Origin: a virus
IMG/VR virus record: IMGVR_UViG_3300017917_001123
Span: 267,571-331,570 of that record
DNA length: 64,000 bases
Direction: 5' to 3' (one strand)
A program made the translations under genes and the position numbers. Below the pieces are notes generated by a model. That model was given only the letters and a program-made list of their open reading frames with translations, had not been told where the DNA came from and searched no databases. Numbering within the stretch: position 1 is the first letter of the stretch; each line of letters opens with the position of its first letter. Of this stretch, positions 37,612-45,747 are shown piece after piece.

Positions 37612-38055
37612 ATGTCAGCAGGAATTACAAGAGTAAATGGTAAGGCCGAAATCGGTGCTTCCCTAAATGTTACAGGTGAAAAGAGCTTTTTCATCGGTGG
37701 TTATCAGCCACTATTTGTTACTATCCAAACAGTAACAGCAACTTACGACTTCACAACAAACTACGGTAACGTAAACAGCGAATTCGAACAAGTCATCCGT
37801 GCTTGCGAAACAGTTGGTACAGTAGTTGGTTATGGTAAGCCAGCAAATGCTAACTCTAGCTCAACAATGGTTGTTATCTATGATGCAGGTTCTGTAAACC
37901 AAGGTGACGGCGCAGGTGGTCAAGCTGGTGCTACAACTGGTTTTGGTGCTCTAAAGTCTGCTTTAGCAGCCGCAGGTGGTGTTACAGCTAGCGATTTCGC
38001 AGTTACAACATACACAGGCTTCTTAGGTGCCGCTTTAGCTAACAACGCATCTTAA
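37612..38055 (+). CDS. hypothetical Gly/Ala/Thr-rich protein, probably highly expressed (structural?)
   Basis: Very strong RBS 'TTAAGGAGAAAATTATG' and a strong intrinsic terminator immediately downstream. Confidence 0.5.
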   Translation: MSAGITRVNGKAEIGASLNVTGEKSFFIGGYQPLFVTIQTVTATYDFTTNYGNVNSEFEQVIRACETVGTVVGYGKPANANSSSTMVVIYDAGSVNQGDGAGGQAGATTGFGALKSALAAAGGVTASDFAVTTYTGFLGAALANNAS

Positions 38056-38076
38056 TCTAATCTAAATTAGATACAA

Positions 38077-38107
38077 GGGCATCTTTTTTAAGGTGCCCTT
38101 TTTCTTT
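38077..38107 (+). terminator. rho-independent terminator
   Basis: GGGCATC / GGTGCCC 7-bp stem (one G-U) followed by TTTTTCTTT. Confidence 0.6.
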
Positions 38108-38138
38108 GGCTTAAATATCAGACAAGAATTGAGCCACA

Positions 38139-38555
38139 ATGCAGAGAATCAAAATAGAAACTTTAATAGATGTTACATGTTCTAGCGCCAAGCGACCTGG
38201 ACAAGGTGATGCTACAGAAATGAACCAGTATAGAAACTATACAACATTGTTACAGGCTATTGGTCTACGAGCCAACGTTTCGTTTGAAGATCCTCCAACA
38301 TGCTCTGTTCAGAAATTAAACGGAAAGAAGTTTGGTACTGAATACGATGGGAAAAGTCACGCTGTTTGGACATTTGAATTTACTACCGATCGTGACGATG
38401 TTTACAATGATGGTAACGGGGAGTTATCTCTGTTAAAAGAAGATCTACACAATGTCCCAGTGGTAAGAAACTTAAAAGAAACAATAAATACAGACAAGAG
38501 CGTATTTGACCTTAAATCAGTCAAATATAGAAACACTATTGTTTCTTTAGATTAA
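38139..38555 (+). CDS. hypothetical protein
   Basis: 138-aa ORF. Confidence 0.4.
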   Translation: MQRIKIETLIDVTCSSAKRPGQGDATEMNQYRNYTTLLQAIGLRANVSFEDPPTCSVQKLNGKKFGTEYDGKSHAVWTFEFTTDRDDVYNDGNGELSLLKEDLHNVPVVRNLKETINTDKSVFDLKSVKYRNTIVSLD

Positions 38556-38567
38556 TGGAGCAAGGTA

Positions 38568-38807
38568 ATGTCCTTACAACCAACAGATATTGAAAAAGAA
38601 AATCTAGAAAGCCACGTTGAACTATGTGCTTTACGTTATGGTGAACTAGAGCGTCGCCTTAGTTCTATTGAAGACAAAGTCGGCAAATTAGCAGAAGCTA
38701 TTCAAGAAAGCCGTACTAGCATGACAAAGGTATTAATTGCCACAGCTGGTACAGTAGTAGCAGGAGTACTTTCTACTCTTGTAGTTTTATTAACAAAGTC
38801 ACTATAA
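38568..38807 (+). CDS. small C-terminally membrane-anchored protein
   Basis: 79 aa with an N-terminal coiled-coil and a C-terminal 'VLIATAGTVVAGVLSTLVVLL' transmembrane segment. Confidence 0.4.
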   Translation: MSLQPTDIEKENLESHVELCALRYGELERRLSSIEDKVGKLAEAIQESRTSMTKVLIATAGTVVAGVLSTLVVLLTKSL

Positions 38808-38808
38808 A

Positions 38809-39231
38809 ATGCGTATCCAAGACTTACTTTCAGAAACCGCTCCAGGAACTATGGGCGTCGGAAATACAATCAAAACAGGTATGGGTTTTAATGCCGGCGC
38901 AGGAACAGGAGCAGTTTTAAAGACAATGGCGTTAAAAGGCCTAGGTCTTGGAAATACAGCTAACGCATACGCACAGCAAAAAGGTGCTATTGGCGACACA
39001 ACTAATCTCGCTAAACAGACACCCCAACAACTAGCACAAAATCTTGCTCTGAAGCCTGGATCTACAGTAGACTTAGGCAACGGACAAAAAGGTCAAATTA
39101 AAGCAATCGATCAAACTGGTGTTAAATTTGCCGACGGCACAATCTGGGGAAGTGAAAAATTAGCTACCCTGGCACAGCAACGTCAAGCACTTCAAACACT
39201 AAGTCAGCAAGGCCAACCGAAGGTTCAGTAA
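38809..39231 (+). CDS. hypothetical protein
   Basis: 140 aa, Gly-rich. Confidence 0.4.
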   Translation: MRIQDLLSETAPGTMGVGNTIKTGMGFNAGAGTGAVLKTMALKGLGLGNTANAYAQQKGAIGDTTNLAKQTPQQLAQNLALKPGSTVDLGNGQKGQIKAIDQTGVKFADGTIWGSEKLATLAQQRQALQTLSQQGQPKVQ

Positions 39232-39232
39232 T

Positions 39233-39451
39233 ATGAGAATTCATCATTTGCTAGATCAGCCTTCTATTATCTTAACAAATGAAGAAAAAGAATTCATTGA
39301 CGCAATGGGCAATGAAATTAGATTGAACGCACTTAAAGAGCGCGAGCAAGTTTTAGCTCGTAACCTTGTCCGTAAGGGCGTTTATACAATAAGTAAAACA
39401 AACGAAACACTTCATTTAAGCCATGCCGAAAGTCCAAAAAGATTTAGTTGA
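39233..39451 (+). CDS. hypothetical protein
   Basis: 72-aa ORF. Confidence 0.35.
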   Translation: MRIHHLLDQPSIILTNEEKEFIDAMGNEIRLNALKEREQVLARNLVRKGVYTISKTNETLHLSHAESPKRFS

Positions 39452-39884
39452 ACGAGTTAACACCATAGCAGAACACGTTAAAGATGATCTGCGTAAAAAA
39501 GGTGTTATTGTTCCTGTCAAACAAAAAGACGGTTCCGTACACTTTGACGATTACATAATGGTCAAAGAGTCCGACGGATACCACATCTATAAAAAGAAAC
39601 TACATATTGCCGGCCCAATAAATTTGCCGCAAACTGCTATCGTTATTGCTAACGGACTAGCACTTGGTAGATTAGTAGATGACAAACTAATAGAACAAGA
39701 TCGCTGGTATGGATTTAAGCTATTTGATGAAGAAGTTTACACAAAGTCAGCAAATAACAGTCTAAAAAGCAAAAACTACGACAAAGCCGACTTCTGTTTT
39801 ACACGGGCTAGTATTGCTAAACAGCAAAAAGAGACTCATAAACGAGATATTATGAGTCACTTCAACCGTATCAAACTAGCTTAA
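39423..39884 (+). CDS. hypothetical protein
   Basis: 153-aa ORF. Confidence 0.4.
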   Translation: MPKVQKDLVERVNTIAEHVKDDLRKKGVIVPVKQKDGSVHFDDYIMVKESDGYHIYKKKLHIAGPINLPQTAIVIANGLALGRLVDDKLIEQDRWYGFKLFDEEVYTKSANNSLKSKNYDKADFCFTRASIAKQQKETHKRDIMSHFNRIKLA

Positions 39885-39888
39885 CGGA

Positions 39889-39896
39889 TATAAATA
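39889..39896 (+). promoter_or_regulatory. T4-type late promoter TATAAATA
   Basis: Exact TATAAATA followed by ACATTACTATT, 29 nt upstream of the 39925 ATG. T4 late consensus is TATAAATActATT. Confidence 0.45.
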
Positions 39897-39924
39897 ACAT
39901 TACTATTGATTTAGGGAAACCTTT

Positions 39925-41424
39925 ATGAGAACGAACGATTTTACAGCACCTATCACAAGCAAACAATTGAACGAAAACATGTTCAAGAAATTCGGAGTTA
40001 AGATAAACTTCGAAAAATACGACCGCGAGCAACTAGAAAACTATCGCAATCTGCTACGTACAAAGTTACACCAGACAGAGCTTTCTAGCAATTTTAACGC
40101 TCTTTTAAGCAACGAGTCATACCAAAAAGATAAGCACATGATGGATCTTTTAACTGCTCGTATTAAAGAGATGCTCGGCGAAGCTAAATTACCAATGAAA
40201 ACCGTTAACGGTAAGAAAGTTCCAGCATTTGCAGCAGATGGCAAGGGCAAGAACGATATTGCTAAGAACAAGAAAACTAAAGAAGGTCTTGATCCAGTTG
40301 GCAAAGAAGATGATGACGTTAACAACGATGGTAAGAAAGACAAGAGTGATTCCTATTTGAAAAATCGTCGTGCGGCAGTTGCTAAGGCAGTTGCTAAGAA
40401 AGGTTCTGTTAAAGAAGGCAAAGCACATGCTTATGAAATGGCACACCGCTATGCTATGGAATACGCAAAAGCAGTTAAAGAAGGCAACCTAGATTACGCA
40501 ATCGAAATGCGTGATGCTTGTGAAAGCTGGGGTGGAAAGATTAGCCACGGTGCTATGGGCGAAGCATTCCACACTCATATGGGATTAAACAATGGCCAGG
40601 CTTACAAGTGCGATGAAGGCGCAGTTGGTATGGGCGTTGGCGGACTAGCAGGCGGAACATTAGGTAAAGCCGGAGGAGCCGCATTAGGTACAACAGTCGG
40701 CGGTCCAATTGGTGGGGTTATTGGCGCAGTTGCCGGCGATATCGCAGGAACAGCATTAGGCGCTAAAGCCGGAGACAAGTTAACTGGTGAGTCAGTTGGA
40801 GAAGGCCTAAAAGGCGGTCAGAAAAAACTTGATAAGAATAAGAACGGCAAGTTAGACGCAAAAGACATGGCAATGCTACGTGCTAGTAAGGACAAAAAAA
40901 TGAAAAAAGTTAAAGAAGGTATTACAGAATCAATCGCACGTTATATTGCTGAAGACGAAGAAGGCAAGGCAAAATCAATTACAGCCGGTCTTGATATGGT
41001 CAACGACTTTACAAGCTGGATGCAACGTATTGCTACATACCAAACAAAGTCAATGATTGAATTAAGCGATCAGATTCGCGCTCACTTTGGTGACGCAGAA
41101 GCTCAACGCTTCAAAGAAGAAACTTATGCGGCTTTAGAAGCATCTCTAAATGCTCTAACACAAAGTCGTGAGCAACTAAGCAATTCTGTTGCTGTTCTAG
41201 CAGGCGAAGCTCCAGCTGAAGAGCCAATGGGAAGCGAGCCAGCAATGGACGCAGGTATGGACGCAGACATGGGCGGCGATATGGCAGGCGCTGAAGAAAT
41301 GCCTCCAGTAGAAGACGAGTTTGGTGCCGCAGACGCTGCCGCCGGCGGTCCAGAAACAACAGGCCGCATTAAACGTGAGAGCATTGAGCGTGGTAATCGC
41401 TTAATGAAAATCTTAGGAGCATAA
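39925..41424 (+). CDS. hypothetical late protein (Lys-rich N-terminus, glycine-zipper segment, acidic C-terminus)
   Basis: 499 aa. 'GAVGMGVGGLAGGTLGKAGGAALGTTVGGPIGGVIGAVAGDIAGTALGAKAGDK' followed by a D/E/M-rich tail. Sits under the late promoter. Confidence 0.45.
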   Translation: MRTNDFTAPITSKQLNENMFKKFGVKINFEKYDREQLENYRNLLRTKLHQTELSSNFNALLSNESYQKDKHMMDLLTARIKEMLGEAKLPMKTVNGKKVPAFAADGKGKNDIAKNKKTKEGLDPVGKEDDDVNNDGKKDKSDSYLKNRRAAVAKAVAKKGSVKEGKAHAYEMAHRYAMEYAKAVKEGNLDYAIEMRDACESWGGKISHGAMGEAFHTHMGLNNGQAYKCDEGAVGMGVGGLAGGTLGKAGGAALGTTVGGPIGGVIGAVAGDIAGTALGAKAGDKLTGESVGEGLKGGQKKLDKNKNGKLDAKDMAMLRASKDKKMKKVKEGITESIARYIAEDEEGKAKSITAGLDMVNDFTSWMQRIATYQTKSMIELSDQIRAHFGDAEAQRFKEETYAALEASLNALTQSREQLSNSVAVLAGEAPAEEPMGSEPAMDAGMDADMGGDMAGAEEMPPVEDEFGAADAAAGGPETTGRIKRESIERGNRLMKILGA

Positions 41425-41772
41425 ATGAGACTGTTTGAGTTTGCCAATCAAGCGGCAGACGATGTTGAAACAGTTTTAAGAAATTTACTTGGGCAGGCTG
41501 ATACAAATCAACAAACTGCCCAAGTTGATTACCAAACACTCAGCAATCTGCTCAATCCCCTAGGCTACGGCGAAATGGATTACGATGCTTTTAAAGCATT
41601 ACATGATGCCGACCCTGACAAATTTAAAGACGTTGTAGCTAACTTTGACAGCGAAGGCGTTACATTAAAAACCAAAGCAGAAACCCCAGCACAAAAACTT
41701 ACGCCAAGTACATCCAGCGGTAAATCCGTTGATCAAATGGCACACAACGTAGTTTCCAAAGAGTTGTCCTAA
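41425..41772 (+). CDS. hypothetical protein
   Basis: 115-aa ORF, ATGA overlap. Confidence 0.4.
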   Translation: MRLFEFANQAADDVETVLRNLLGQADTNQQTAQVDYQTLSNLLNPLGYGEMDYDAFKALHDADPDKFKDVVANFDSEGVTLKTKAETPAQKLTPSTSSGKSVDQMAHNVVSKELS

Positions 41773-41799
41773 CACTAATTAGATGTTATAATTAGTGTT
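41771..41799. repeat. 10-bp inverted repeat (hairpin) filling the intergenic gap
   Basis: aacactaatt-(9 nt)-aattagtgtt, from the stop of the upstream gene to 3 nt before the next ATG. Confidence 0.5.
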
Positions 41800-41801
41800 A
41801 T

Positions 41802-42533
41802 ATGACTACAACTATAATTAACCCACCTCCATTCGTTGAGCGTTTTCAATATAAAAACTGTAAACAAATCAACGACCCTGTAACTGGTAAGAGAGTATAT
41901 GCCACACCAGACGGGGAAACACTTCCAAGCGTAACAACAATCCTTAGTGCTACTAAAGACATGACCCACCTGAATGAGTGGAAAAAGCGTGTCGGTGAAG
42001 ATAACGCTAAACGCATTACGCAAGAAGCCGCAGGCATAGGCACAGCAATGCATAATAATCTAGAAAGATTTATTGCTGGACTAGATCGTATGCCGGGCAA
42101 TAATCATGTTCACCAACATGCCCATAAGATGGCTGATCAGATTATTGAGAATGGGTTAAAGTTTGTAGACGAGGTATGGGCAATCGAGCAGAGTTTATAT
42201 TTCCCTGGGTTGTATTCAGGAACCACAGACATAGTCGGTGTGTACAAGGGCAAGCCTGCGGTAATGGATTACAAACAAACTAACAAGCCTAAGAAAGAAG
42301 AGTGGATTGAAGATTATAAGATGCAGTTGATGGCTTATATTCTAGCACATAACGAAGTCTATGGCACAGACATTCGAGAAGGACATGTTTTTATGTGTTC
42401 AAGAGAATTCCAATATCAACACTTTGAGCTTCGTACAGAAGATTTCAACAAGTATCAAGATTTATGGTTAAGCAAAGTTGAAGAGTTTTACACAACTGGC
42501 TTAATGGGTATGAAACAATTACTAACACAATGA
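41802..42533 (+). CDS. PD-(D/E)XK family nuclease (RecB/Cas4-like exonuclease fold)
   Basis: 'GTTDIVGVY...PAVMDYKQT' matches motifs II/III (D...D/E-x-K) of RecB-family nucleases. Confidence 0.45.
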   Translation: MTTTIINPPPFVERFQYKNCKQINDPVTGKRVYATPDGETLPSVTTILSATKDMTHLNEWKKRVGEDNAKRITQEAAGIGTAMHNNLERFIAGLDRMPGNNHVHQHAHKMADQIIENGLKFVDEVWAIEQSLYFPGLYSGTTDIVGVYKGKPAVMDYKQTNKPKKEEWIEDYKMQLMAYILAHNEVYGTDIREGHVFMCSREFQYQHFELRTEDFNKYQDLWLSKVEEFYTTGLMGMKQLLTQ

Positions 42534-42982
42534 ACGAACAACAGTTAAAAGAATTAGCAAAAGCACTGGCTCCGTACATTAGCCAAGAGTTGTTAAGTCA
42601 GCCCTCTGTTTGGGGAGATCCAAACAGACTACATCTAGGCAACGATGTACATGTAATTAACACTTTCTTTAACTTGTCCTGCGGACATGTTTATATTGGT
42701 GACCATAGCTTTTTTGGAAACCACTGTTCCCTTCTAACAGGAACACACCCTATTGATCGTAAAAACAAGGCAAGACATCATCATCCAGACTCCGGAAACG
42801 ATATTGTAATCGGACAAGGTGTGTGGATTGCTAGCCATGCGGTAGTCATCGGTCCTTGTAAAATTGGTGACCACGCTGTGATTGCGTCGGGGTCTGTGTT
42901 ACTTCCGGGTGAATATGAAGGCGGGTATCTTTATGCTGGATTACCTGCTGTAGCAAAACGCAAAATAGATTTTAAGGACTAA
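42530..42982 (+). CDS. hexapeptide-repeat (left-handed beta-helix) acyl/acetyltransferase
   Basis: Imperfect hexapeptide repeats 'IGDHSFFGNHCSLL...IGQGVWIASHAVVIGPCKIGDHAVIASGSVL'. Confidence 0.6.
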   Translation: MNEQQLKELAKALAPYISQELLSQPSVWGDPNRLHLGNDVHVINTFFNLSCGHVYIGDHSFFGNHCSLLTGTHPIDRKNKARHHHPDSGNDIVIGQGVWIASHAVVIGPCKIGDHAVIASGSVLLPGEYEGGYLYAGLPAVAKRKIDFKD

Positions 42983-42983
42983 T

Positions 42984-43568
42984 ATGAATTTAACACTTCA
43001 AGAAATGCTGAATAAAACTAATCAGCGTCAAATTACTTTTCAGCTAATGCTTGATCATCTTAGAAGGACTAACAATCCTCTTATCATCGAAACAGGGTGT
43101 GCTAGAGCAGAACGTCATGGCTTTGACGGCGATGGATATAGCACATTGATCTTTGATAAGTTTGTAAATGAACACGGCGGAGAATTACGCACAGTTGATA
43201 TTAGTCCTGAAAGTGTAGCATGGGGTAAATCTCAAACCAGTTCCAAAGCACAGTTTTTCTGCGAAGATAGTGTCAGTTTTCTATGGAAATTGAACAAAGA
43301 ATTGGCTGAATCTGGTCGTTATATTGACCTATTGTACTTAGACAGTTTTGACTTTGAACCAAGCAATCCGCATCCTAGCTCTTTCCACCATGTAAAAGAA
43401 TTAACTGCTATCTTTAGTCGTTTGCGTCCCGGTACTATGATTGCTGTAGATGATAACTTTGGCAATGCTGAAAATCGTACAGGCAAAGGCAAATACGTTG
43501 AAGAATTCATGAAAAACATTGGTGTTCCGTTAGTTTACGATGGGTATCAATTGCTGTGGGTGCTTTAA
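42984..43568 (+). CDS. putative class I SAM-dependent methyltransferase (TylF/O-MTase-like)
   Basis: 'LIIETGCARA' glycine-rich loop and 'AVDDNFG' are weak Rossmann-MTase signatures. Confidence 0.35.
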   Translation: MNLTLQEMLNKTNQRQITFQLMLDHLRRTNNPLIIETGCARAERHGFDGDGYSTLIFDKFVNEHGGELRTVDISPESVAWGKSQTSSKAQFFCEDSVSFLWKLNKELAESGRYIDLLYLDSFDFEPSNPHPSSFHHVKELTAIFSRLRPGTMIAVDDNFGNAENRTGKGKYVEEFMKNIGVPLVYDGYQLLWVL

Positions 43569-43582
43569 GGTAAAAGCTAGAT

Positions 43583-43607
43583 AAATATCCTTGTTAAGAG
43601 GATATTT
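43583..43607 (+). promoter_or_regulatory. 9-bp inverted repeat sequestering the Shine-Dalgarno of the tailspike gene
   Basis: aaatatcct-(7 nt)-aggatattt ending 3 nt before the ATG at 43610. AGAGGA lies inside the 3' arm. Confidence 0.35.
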
Positions 43608-43609
43608 TC

Positions 43610-45238
43610 ATGGCTGTATTACAGATCTCCAAAATTCAGGTCCGAAGAGGACAAAAATCACAAGCAGGTATTCCTACTCTGTCCGCGGGCGAATTTGCCT
43701 GGGCAGTTGATGCTCAGGAACTGTACATTGGTAACGGTTCTGTTGGTGAAGGTGCTCCGTTTGTTGGAAACACTCGTCTTTTAACTGAATTGGATGCTAG
43801 TAACATTTTTAAACTAGCAGGTACATACGGTTACGAAGGCAACACTAGTGCTACTGTTATCACAGGCCCGGATGCTAATAGTCCTATTTCAAGAACACTA
43901 CAAGACAAGTTAGATGATTTTGTATCTCTAGCAGATTTTGGGGCAGTAGGTGATGGTGTTACAAATGACACAAGTGCTTTACAACGTGCTATTGATCAGA
44001 TCTACTTAAATTCAGACAAGTCAATTCCTTTAGCTAGAAAAAGACTACGTTTCCCAGCAGGCACATACTTAATTACAGGAACAATTTATATTCCTAGTTA
44101 TGCTACATTAGAAGGCGACGGAATTGATAGAACAATTATCAAACAATCTACAACAGCAACCGCTATTTTTCAAACAGTAGACTTTACTTCTACTCCTAGT
44201 TCAAAGGTATTGTTTCCATCGATTCAAAGCACTACACAACCTAGAAATATCAATGTTTCTGGAATGACACTACAATACGATCAAGCATCAAAACAAGGCA
44301 GTGGCGCATTAATTAATGTAGACTGTGCGACTGACATGACTGTTGAAAAATGTAAGTTTCTAGGACTTGCTTCTAGTCCAGAAAATGATCTTCAAGAATC
44401 TATTCAAATTAGAGGACAAGGCGCAACTACCACAGACAGATTAAAGATCAAAGACTGTGTGTTTAAAAATATTGCCTTAGGTGTTGTTAGCGACTACGAT
44501 GTAACTAACATTGAAATCAGCGACAATAAGTTCATGAACATGGGCCTTAGTATCAAGTTTGCTGAAAACTTGTTAGGAGTAAGTCCTAGCATCTCTGGAC
44601 CAACTAAGGTTGATATTTTAAACAATTACTTCAGTGACATCTTCTCTAGCGCAATTTTTAGTGGCAGTAATACCTCAGGAGTTCCTCTAAACATTCTAAG
44701 TCAAGGAAACAGATTTTATAATTGCGGTAACGAATTAGACCTAAGCCAAGAAGAAAATCAAAAGTATCCTGTTATAATTTTCTTAGGAGAAGGTTGCCGT
44801 TCAATTGATGATCAATTTGGACGATCAGAAGCAAATATCTCCGGCGTTGTTGGCCTATACAATCCAGAAATTCTTGGTCATGTAGCCGACTTCCAACCGT
44901 TAGCAGTTCGTTCTATTGATTTGCCTGTTCAATCTTTTCCAACAACTATTGCTGTTGTTCCAATGGTAACGACAACAGATGTTAGACTAACATTAGACTA
45001 TGTTGCTAGACAACCTAGTTTAAATGTTGCTAGAGTTGGACAAGTACAAGTAATGACTAACGTAACAACCGCAACATGGGTTGAAAGTTTCCAGTACACT
45101 GGATCTACAAACCTAACTGGAGACCTACGTTTTACAGCAAGTTTAAATACTGCTACACAGCTTCTAACAGTTGAGGTTCTTAACCCAACAGGAAGCGTTG
45201 ACACTAATTTAACTTACAAATATAACTTGTTGTTCTAA
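43610..45238 (+). CDS. right-handed beta-helix protein (pectate-lyase-3-like) - putative tailspike/depolymerase
   Basis: 'LADFGAVGDGVTNDTSALQRAID' is characteristic of the pectate_lyase_3 / tailspike N-terminus. 542 aa. Confidence 0.55.
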   Translation: MAVLQISKIQVRRGQKSQAGIPTLSAGEFAWAVDAQELYIGNGSVGEGAPFVGNTRLLTELDASNIFKLAGTYGYEGNTSATVITGPDANSPISRTLQDKLDDFVSLADFGAVGDGVTNDTSALQRAIDQIYLNSDKSIPLARKRLRFPAGTYLITGTIYIPSYATLEGDGIDRTIIKQSTTATAIFQTVDFTSTPSSKVLFPSIQSTTQPRNINVSGMTLQYDQASKQGSGALINVDCATDMTVEKCKFLGLASSPENDLQESIQIRGQGATTTDRLKIKDCVFKNIALGVVSDYDVTNIEISDNKFMNMGLSIKFAENLLGVSPSISGPTKVDILNNYFSDIFSSAIFSGSNTSGVPLNILSQGNRFYNCGNELDLSQEENQKYPVIIFLGEGCRSIDDQFGRSEANISGVVGLYNPEILGHVADFQPLAVRSIDLPVQSFPTTIAVVPMVTTTDVRLTLDYVARQPSLNVARVGQVQVMTNVTTATWVESFQYTGSTNLTGDLRFTASLNTATQLLTVEVLNPTGSVDTNLTYKYNLLF

Positions 45239-45672
45239 TGTTTAAAACTGAAACGGACCAGCGTCTACATCTCTGGTTTGAATTTAGATCTAATCTAGAA
45301 GTCAGCGAAACTCCTTTACAGGATTTAATAGACTTTTGGAATCCTGCTCCTCGCATTCCACACAACCATCTCATCGATCCTTACTTTGATAGGGATTGGC
45401 CTACACCTTGGGAAATTATCGAACGCAACAAATATGATGATTTTACACTCACGTTGATGATGGGTTGGACACTACTAATGACCAAACGGTTTGAAAAAAG
45501 CCAAATGGAAATTAGAACTATAGTTGACGACCGTTCAAAACGAATGTATAATGTTCTATGCGTAGATAATAAATGGGCACTCAATTTCAACGACCTAGAA
45601 CCGGTTTTACTAAGTTCTGTACCGAGTTTATACAGAGTAGAAAATATTGTGCCTCTAAAACGCCCAAGGTAA
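45238..45672 (+). CDS. hypothetical protein
   Basis: 144-aa ORF, ATGT overlap with the upstream gene. Confidence 0.4.
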   Translation: MFKTETDQRLHLWFEFRSNLEVSETPLQDLIDFWNPAPRIPHNHLIDPYFDRDWPTPWEIIERNKYDDFTLTLMMGWTLLMTKRFEKSQMEIRTIVDDRSKRMYNVLCVDNKWALNFNDLEPVLLSSVPSLYRVENIVPLKRPR

Positions 45673-45747
45673 ATATCAATTCCAACAAAAAGATTTCTCG
45701 CCAAAGGTCCGTGCCTTTGGCCATTATAATAATAAGATAGGTGAAGC

